Position numbers and translations under genes: made by a program
DNA from: Acidobacteriota bacterium
Lineage (GTDB): Bacteria; Acidobacteriota; Thermoanaerobaculia; Gp7-AA8
DNA length: 64,000 nt
Reading direction: 5' to 3'
Assembly (NCBI GenBank): GCA_019244185.1
Contig: JAFATB010000022.1
Coordinates: 1-64,000, forward strand
Shown here: in pieces, positions 9,901 through 15,910 of the stretch
Numbering within the stretch: the stretch's first letter is position 1
How the letters are laid out: each line of letters opens with the position of its first letter
Notes under the pieces: generated by a model
Databases searched by the model: none
What the model was told of the DNA's origin: nothing
Seen by the model: only the letters and a program-made list of their open reading frames with translations

Positions 9901-12900
9901 CAGCAACAACGTCTACCTCACGGAGTCGTACGGCTACGACGAATACGGCAATCAGACGTCGTTGACGAAGCCGGGCAATTTCACCACCACCATTACGTTC
10001 GATCCCGAATACCACACCTTCGCCACCGTGCACACCTCGCCGGCGGACGCGCAGGGCACGCCGCTCGTGACGTCGAGCGGCTACGACCCGCGCTTCGGCG
10101 TCGAAGTCGCCGTTCAGGACGCGAACCTCAACGTCACCGTTCGCTCGCTTGACGCATTCGGCCGCGTTGTGGCCGTGCAGGGGCCGGTGCCGGCGGGCAG
10201 TACGAGCGACGCGAACCTCGTGACGTCGCTGGTGACCGGGACGGCCGCGCTGCAGCAGACGTTCACCGGCGCGACGGTCGTGTCCACCGAACTGACGGCG
10301 TATCTCAATGATGGGCAGGGCGGCCTCTATACGGAAGTCCAGGCGCTGCAGTCGTTCCCGACCGGCGGCTCCTCACGCGACTTCGCATGGACGCAGACCT
10401 ACGTCGACGGAAAGTCGCGCGACCGCCAGTCCGTGACGCAGACCGGCCAGAGCGAAGGCAATGTGATCGTGCTGACGGATTACACGGCGGGCGATCACAT
10501 CAAGACGCTGAGCGTGCCGTTCTTTTCGACGACGACGGTGTCGCCGGTGGCGCCGCATTCCTCGACGTTCCACTATGACGTGCTCGGACGCCCGACCGAA
10601 CAGCGCGTGCCGGCGGGCGACGACGGCAACGACACGACGCTCAAGACGTGGACGTACAGCGCGGGCGGCCTCGTCACGACGGTGTCGGCGGCGGGGTCGA
10701 GCGCGGCGTATACGGAGGTGTCGGAGCATCATTACTACAATGGCAACGACCTCGTGCGCAGTGTCACCGCCGATCCGGCGGGCGCGAATGCGACCACGCA
10801 GTTCGTCTATGACCCGATCGCGCGGCTCACGTCGACGACCGATCCTCCGACCCCTGCGAATCCGAACGGCGTGACCACGACGTTCCAGTGGGACTCGCTC
10901 GACCGCAAGCAATGGCTCGACAATCCCGATCAGAACACGACCGGCAACGCCGGCATCAAGGCAGCGACGTATGCCTACGATGCGACGACCGGAATGCAGC
11001 AGTCGCAGACGGACGCCGCGCAGGCGAGCATCTCCTATACGTTCGACGGGCTCCAGCGCATGCTCACGGCGTCGTTCTCGGACGGCCGCTCGGTCGCGTA
11101 CACGTACGACCAGGCCACGAACGGCAACGGACAATTGACGCGCGTCGTCGTCACCGCGCCGGACGGCTCGTTCGAGTCACAGTACGACTACGCGTTCGAC
11201 GACTACGGCAACACGAATTCGGTGACGCTCACCATCGCCGGGCAAGCCTCGCCGTTCGTCACCACGTATGTCTTCGATCCGCAGAAGCGCGTGGTCGAGG
11301 AGACGTTTCCCGATACGACCTCGCTGGCGCGGACGTACGCTTTCGGCGTGCTGCAGTCGCAGTCGCTCGACGGCGCCACGGCTGAATATCCGCTCGACGC
11401 CTACACCTCGTGGCGGCGCGCCGGACAATTCATCCTCGGACAGAACGCCGTCCGCTCCGATCTGTCGTTCAATCCATCGGGCCAGCTCATCGACGAGGCG
11501 CTCACGGTGCCGGCGGGACCATTGCTGTCGTTCCATTACGGCTACGACAACCTCACGCAACTGATCACGGTCACCGACCGCACGGCAGCGGCGAAAAACC
11601 AGTCGTTCGGGTACACGAACCGCCGGCTCGTCGAGGCGAACATCAGCGGCTTCGCGGACACCTCGTATGCCTACGACAATTCCGGCAATCTCACGCTCAA
11701 GGAAAATGCGCTGTACCGCTACCACGCGCACTATCCGCTGAACGGCTCGCTCAATGGGCAGGAGATCTACACCGCAACGCCCGACGCCTGCGGCCGCACG
11801 CGCACGCGCACCGCGGGCGACCGTACGCTGACGTTCGACTATGACGGCCTCGGGATGCTGCGGCGCGTCACGGACGGCGGGGCAATGGTCCGCCAGATGA
11901 CGACCGATTATCTCGGGCGACTCATCGTCGAGGCCGACGCGTCGGGGAACCAGACCGTCTACGCCGGCCCTTCGTACGAGGTGCGGCAGCCCGTCGGCGG
12001 AGCGGCCGTCGTAACGAAGTACCTGCGCGACGACCGCGGCGCCGTCGCGTCGATCGAGAGCGACGGCTCGACGTCGACCGTGCTGTATTACCGCCGCGAC
12101 TTCAAGGGCAGCACCACGCACACCTTCAGCACCGACGGCACGCTGGTCTCCGAGCTGGCGTACAGCGGCTATGGACAGTGGATCCGCATCAGCGGCGCGG
12201 ACGATCCGCAGCTCAAATACGAGCAGCGCTTCTGGGACGCCGACCTCGGGCTCTACTACTTCAACGCGCGCTGGTACGACCCCGCCACCGGCCGCTTCCT
12301 CACGCCCGACACGACGCTCGGCGCGAACGATCAGTACCGGCCCGACGTCTGGAACCGGTTCGCGTTCGAGCTGAACAACCCGATCAACAACGTCGATCCG
12401 ACCGGTCACTCCGCGAGCTCGTGGATCGGAGGCCTGATCGGCGTCGCGCTGATCATCGTCGGCGTCGTCGCGATCATCGCCACCGGCGGCTCCGCCACGC
12501 CCGCGGTCGTGCTGGCCGGCTCGATCCTCGGCGGTGCCATTCTCGGCGCGGGGATGAACACCGCGTTCTATTCGTTCACCCACACCGATACCGACGCGCG
12601 GAAGTTCTGGAAGGGATGGGGCGCGGAGTTCGGCATGGGACTGGCCGTCGGCGCCGTCACCGGCGCGATCGGCTCGGGTCTCGGATCTCTCGCCGGGAAG
12701 CTCGCGATGAAGATCGCGCCGGTCAGCCGCATCGGACAGTTCCTCGTCCGCGGCGCGGTCTATGCGGTGGGCGGTGCGGCGACGACGTCGGCACTCGACA
12801 CGCTGAATCAGCTCGCCGGCAATGCCATCGAGCGGAACGTGCTCGGGAACACGGACGTCAGCCTCTCGCACAACCTCGGCACCGCCGCGTGGACCGGAGC

Positions 12901-13174
12901 CGCGTTCGGCGCGGCCAGCGGCGTCTTCCAGGGCGCCGCCGAAGCCGGCTTCTCCAAACTGCGTCCGGGAAACCTCGCTCCCAACGAGTCGACGCCGATC
13001 ATGATGAAAAATTACGTCAACGGCGAATTCGTGGCGGACGCGGTGGCGGTTCCCGACCTCTACACCCGCACGAAGCTGGTGGTGCAGAGCGGCGCGCTCC
13101 CGCGCACGATCATGGTCACCGGCAGCACGATCTGGGGCATCTCCGACGCCATCACGGAAGCCACGGGACATTGA
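6911..13174 (+). CDS. Rhs/YD-repeat polymorphic toxin with SpvB/TcB-like N-terminus, FG-GAP propeller and Rhs core
   Basis: GNFEVDANGQAVYRLPIAIPPG..PTLELVY..GPLGIGW (SpvB-like); seven D-x-[N/D/T]-G-x-G-x-x-D-type repeats; YD repeats; core GLYYFNARWYDPATGRFLTPD..NNPINNVDPTG; Gly/Ala-rich hydrophobic C-terminus. GGAGG RBS before ATG 6911. Confidence 0.92.
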   Translation: MPTTSGALSAAGLKQGNFEVDANGQAVYRLPIAIPPGIAGHQPTLELVYMHQLPNGPLGIGWDISGSGSITRAKPVYAIDGFSAPITYGTTDRFALNNQRLINVDGEYGAGNTLYYTELQTWNYVQAGATPEDGFTVITKNGDTHEFGKTADSRILALGTNLVRVWALNALVDRNGNRVEFTYTTAPGGGQAKGAYYIDTIRYTSRDGVEPARLVQFTYESRPDSIVDFVGGYRVETAFRLKQITVSLSGSVVSTYTLDYRDVSDTGLSTIATITQTGAVLEGAPALPPTTVTWQDAGTRSFDVGPTSILDQHPGTPDVRPMDVTGSGRTDLVQLWIDGSNTIHATSYLATPSDDSVTFVRAADTPLGYFGSKFSIVPVDVDGDGRTDLLVAYASSSNQDELRLAVFLSDGSGAFTDGGTFNTGDTWSSKHIDFFAADANGDGRTDLVEAYGSYDSERGSDVLAFRTYLSQCGDGDGKMFTPAIVTKTGDPATVTAQLAFWPMDVNGDGLIDIVRVWQRGSDQHIIATAYIGVSRSLYDVSFDDQVASDLGTFSLQNQKAFLPVDVNGDGIQDLLQVWQEPTGNGTTLHLSTFFCDGAGGFVAGPDSQFQNQTINLFYPLDLDGTGLTAVVSQWVSGDNKLMFTPFRASPSGVYTMLPAFDAGTVGVQIESALFLPCDANGDGKADLIRAMIDGNQQVAVVPYLSAGAYPDLVSSIENQLGGLVSLQYAPLSDGSVYTAQSSDVYPSAPGQRFPNPMTPTVFPIQQVLGRATYVVSQYTEESAATNRFAYSSTTTVTYEHAQLNLLGRGWQAFGTINRQSDTGRRTVTQYAQDWPFTGMLLATTIEAAGDGTPVIAAISSTEYVSRVSATGVSGTQILEVLRQKTRNEQYESGTFDYALAQTFGYDNYGNESLNVYLGYVDTDDNPLDPAEVVYRYRQYRNDVDSNGWALGYLSYAKESANASDPDVTQFLPGDYHLEHRTYYDGTYNLKSVGKWDDSNNVYLTESYGYDEYGNQTSLTKPGNFTTTITFDPEYHTFATVHTSPADAQGTPLVTSSGYDPRFGVEVAVQDANLNVTVRSLDAFGRVVAVQGPVPAGSTSDANLVTSLVTGTAALQQTFTGATVVSTELTAYLNDGQGGLYTEVQALQSFPTGGSSRDFAWTQTYVDGKSRDRQSVTQTGQSEGNVIVLTDYTAGDHIKTLSVPFFSTTTVSPVAPHSSTFHYDVLGRPTEQRVPAGDDGNDTTLKTWTYSAGGLVTTVSAAGSSAAYTEVSEHHYYNGNDLVRSVTADPAGANATTQFVYDPIARLTSTTDPPTPANPNGVTTTFQWDSLDRKQWLDNPDQNTTGNAGIKAATYAYDATTGMQQSQTDAAQASISYTFDGLQRMLTASFSDGRSVAYTYDQATNGNGQLTRVVVTAPDGSFESQYDYAFDDYGNTNSVTLTIAGQASPFVTTYVFDPQKRVVEETFPDTTSLARTYAFGVLQSQSLDGATAEYPLDAYTSWRRAGQFILGQNAVRSDLSFNPSGQLIDEALTVPAGPLLSFHYGYDNLTQLITVTDRTAAAKNQSFGYTNRRLVEANISGFADTSYAYDNSGNLTLKENALYRYHAHYPLNGSLNGQEIYTATPDACGRTRTRTAGDRTLTFDYDGLGMLRRVTDGGAMVRQMTTDYLGRLIVEADASGNQTVYAGPSYEVRQPVGGAAVVTKYLRDDRGAVASIESDGSTSTVLYYRRDFKGSTTHTFSTDGTLVSELAYSGYGQWIRISGADDPQLKYEQRFWDADLGLYYFNARWYDPATGRFLTPDTTLGANDQYRPDVWNRFAFELNNPINNVDPTGHSASSWIGGLIGVALIIVGVVAIIATGGSATPAVVLAGSILGGAILGAGMNTAFYSFTHTDTDARKFWKGWGAEFGMGLAVGAVTGAIGSGLGSLAGKLAMKIAPVSRIGQFLVRGAVYAVGGAATTSALDTLNQLAGNAIERNVLGNTDVSLSHNLGTAAWTGAAFGAASGVFQGAAEAGFSKLRPGNLAPNESTPIMMKNYVNGEFVADAVAVPDLYTRTKLVVQSGALPRTIMVTGSTIWGISDAITEATGH

Positions 13175-13180
13175 AGCGCA

Positions 13181-13211
13181 GCGAGGTGCCGGCCGCAGGC
13201 CGGCACCTCGC
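13181..13211 (+). terminator. Strong hairpin after the Rhs gene
   Basis: GCGAGGTGCCGGCC-gca-GGCCGGCACCTCGC, 14-bp stem; no U-tract. Confidence 0.55.
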
Positions 13212-13265
13212 AACGTGCGCGACGGGTTGCGAGCCGCGAACTCAAACCCGAAGGTGCCCTCTTTC

Positions 13266-14655
13266 ATGACTAGACGCCTCGTGTTGGCGGCGTGCGTCCT
13301 TGCGGCGATCTCGCTGCAAGGGCGGGAGATGATCGTTCCGGTTGTCACGGGGCTCGTGGGCGCACGCGTGTTCTCGACGACGGTCGAGGTGAAGAATGCG
13401 AGCAGCGTCGACGGCACGTGTGTCTTCACGTATCGGGGGCCCGACCGCGTCAGTGGAATGCTGATCTCGAAGGAGACGGTCCGGGCGGGCAAGACGAACG
13501 TTTACGAGGACTTTTTGGGCGAGATCGCCGCGGCCGGCTCCGTCGCGACTGTTTGCTCGGATGGCTTGGAGGTGTTCGCTCGCGTCCAGGATGCGGATGC
13601 CAGGAATGGAGCGAGCTTTAGGCCGGGCCGGCTGTACCGCGCATTCGACGTAGAGAACGCGTTGATCGCCGGCGCGAAACGCACACTGTGCATATACGGG
13701 GCGATCTCGTGCTGCTGGAGGTTGGCGGCGCGAACGTCGAGGTGCGGGTGACGGCGTCGGGCGGCGGTCACGTCCTCGCCGAGGCATCGTACGCTCTTCC
13801 TCCGTACGGACAGCGCGTGCTCAACCTGGCGCGCGTTCTCGAAGTTGTGAAAGAAGCCGGATGTCTCGATCAGCGTCACCGCGCTCGCGCAAGTAGGTTT
13901 ACGTCGCGCAGCAGGCCGCGTGCAGGTCGTATCGCCGAGCGCGCAGGCTTCGATCGGAGCGCCGCTTTCGTTGTGCGGATTCAAGGCTGCGCCGTTCTTC
14001 GAACGCGCGACTGGACTCTGCTTCCTCCGCGATCGCTGGTACGACCCGACGACGGGAACCTTCCTCACTCCCGACAACGCCGGCTATCGCGACTCGTCCA
14101 ATCTCTACGTCTTCGGAGGACGACGCGACCGGCGTGCAGAATCAGGCGGTGATCGAATTCAGTCCGAAATTCGGAGACGATCCGGGCAACGGTCCGCCGC
14201 TCACGACCTATTATCGACACGGCATCGACGTCTACGGGCAAGACCGCGGCGCCTTCATCGAGTACGCTTTTGCGCACGAGATCGGCCACGTGCTCGGCGG
14301 CTGGGACCCAACGATGTCTGCGCAGACGCGCCAGTTCAGTGCGCTGGGCGCGCAGATCAATGCAACCGTTGCGCAGTTCACGATCCTCCGGCAAGCACAA
14401 AACAGAACGGTGGCGCAGCAACAGCAGTACGCGCAGCTCGTCCAGCAGCGAAACGCATGGTTGCAGCAACAAGTCGCGCTCAAGGATCAATTGGAGCCGT
14501 ATGCCGATGACATTGGATACCAGCTCTATCGTTCGTTCCGGCAGGCACATCCGCGATTCCTCGGGGTCGCGCCGGTCGGCGGCAAGAAGTTCACCCCGCC
14601 GCCGCAGCTTCCGCCTGGCGCTACGTCGAACATTCCTACCGTTCCTACTCCTTAG
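13266..14655 (+). pseudogene. Frameshifted secreted Rhs-core protein with C-terminal HExxH (zincin-like) domain
   Basis: Signal peptide MTRRLVLAACVLAAISLQG. Protein-like sense switches frame near 13690, 13850 and 14120. Contains Rhs core TGLCFLRDRWYDPTTGTFLTPD..YRDSSNLYVF, then FAHEIGHVLG and a Gln-rich coil. Confidence 0.7.
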
Positions 14656-15055
14656 CGTTCTCGGGTGCGTTTCGACGGGCGGCGGCTGCCCCGAACCGTT
14701 GCCGCGCTTTGCGTCCTACGAGGAAAAGGGCTTCGGTCAGGGCGCGGTGTGGTTTGCCGGCGCGGTCATCCATGTGCCGTGGGAAGGCGCGGCGTCGATC
14801 GCGCCCGCGGAACTGCTCACGGGGCCGGTCGCGCTCTTGAGCCCCATGATCGTGGAAAGCAGTGCGGCCTCAGACTGTCCGGGATCTTCGCGGCTCGATG
14901 GTGCGATCCAGCGAAACCGGACCTCCATTGTGTCCGGCCAAGGGAGGCTGCGGAACGATGGGGTTTTCGTCGTCGAATGCGTCTGCGCCGTCGAGAAAAC
15001 GAAGGAGCTCACGGCAGATCAGCTCTCACGCCTCTACGCGGGACCGTTACCTTGA
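14615..15055 (+). CDS. Putative small lipoprotein (candidate immunity protein); start uncertain
   Basis: LRRTFLPFLLLSVLGC lipobox-like N-terminus overlapping the end of the HExxH ORF; several Cys; no clear ATG. Confidence 0.5.
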   Translation: MALRRTFLPFLLLSVLGCVSTGGGCPEPLPRFASYEEKGFGQGAVWFAGAVIHVPWEGAASIAPAELLTGPVALLSPMIVESSAASDCPGSSRLDGAIQRNRTSIVSGQGRLRNDGVFVVECVCAVEKTKELTADQLSRLYAGPLP

Positions 15056-15287
15056 CCGGCGGGCGCTGATTCGGGGGAAGGCGAGGCCGAAGTTCCTCGC
15101 CGGCACCTCGCAAGCCGGCGCGCGATCTCGAGAGGGCGTCGGTGCGTGCGGGAGTGTTCCGGATGAATGAGCCCGCCCATCGCGCGCGAATGCGTGACCC
15201 GGCGCGCGCATCCCGGAAGCCGGTAGCGTGAATGCGGGAGCCGGTCGCTTGTATGCGGGGCGCCGTCGCGTGAACCCGTTGCTGGCT

Positions 15288-15623
15288 GGCGTGAAAACCA
15301 GAATCCGTCGCGTGAAAACCAGAATCCGTCGCGTGAAAGCCAGAAGTCGACGCGTGAAAGCCAGAACGCGACGCGTGAAAACCAGAATCGGTCGCATGAA
15401 AACCAGAACTCCACGCGTGAAAACCAGAATCGGTCGCGTGAAAACCGGAACTCGACGCGTGAAAGCCAGAACTCGACGCGTGAAAGCCGGAATTCGACGC
15501 GTGAAAGCCAGAATCGGACGCGTGAAAGCCGGAACTCGACGCGTGAAAGCCAGAATCGGTCGCGTGAAAACCAGAATTCGACGCGTGAAAGCCAGAATCG
15601 AACGCGTGAAAGCCAGAAACGGT
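15288..15623. repeat. Tandem 21-bp repeat, 16 copies plus degenerate flanking copies
   Basis: Consensus CGCGTGAAA[A/G]CC[A/G]GAA-N5. The GTGAAA core recurs every 21 nt from 15291 to 15606 (one copy ATGAAA). Confidence 0.95.
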
Positions 15624-15910
15624 CGCGTGCAAGCCGGATCGCGTCTCACGCACGCGGCCTGCGATCGGATGAATCGCGGCAGCCGCTCGCGTGAAAGCAC
15701 CAGCGCCGCGTGAGAACCAGAGCTGCTCGCGTGAACGCGGCCGCGCGTCCCACGCACGCGGGCACCTCGCGTAAAGCACGCGACCAGAGTCCGGCGCGGC
15801 GGCCGCACCTCCCCAAACCGCGCGACGGACTGGCGCGCCACCCGCCGCTTCGTGCTATCCTTTTCTCCGCTTCGTCATCATTCCATCATTCCATCGAGAG
15901 CGGAGGTGTC

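Noticed and set aside
6911-13174. Complete Tc (ABC) toxin complex or T6SS effector locus
   Set aside because: No TcA, VgrG, PAAR, Hcp or chaperone gene is in the window; only the TcB/TcC-like shell is supported.
12250-14075. Diversity-generating retroelement TR/VR pair suggested by two similar segments
   Set aside because: The similarity is the conserved Rhs core, the differences are not adenine-specific, and no reverse transcriptase is in the window.
5900-15200. Prophage or integrative element explaining the lower-GC toxin region
   Set aside because: No integrase, transposase, phage structural gene or tRNA attachment site is seen.
15288-15623. CRISPR array
   Set aside because: The period is only 21 bp with ~5 variable, recurring bases, so there are no unique spacers, and no cas genes are in the window.
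15228-15713. Histone-like/protamine-like (RVKTRIR)n protein on the + strand
   Set aside because: Repeat variants are non-synonymous in this frame and no RBS is evident; it is more likely a by-product of the repeat.
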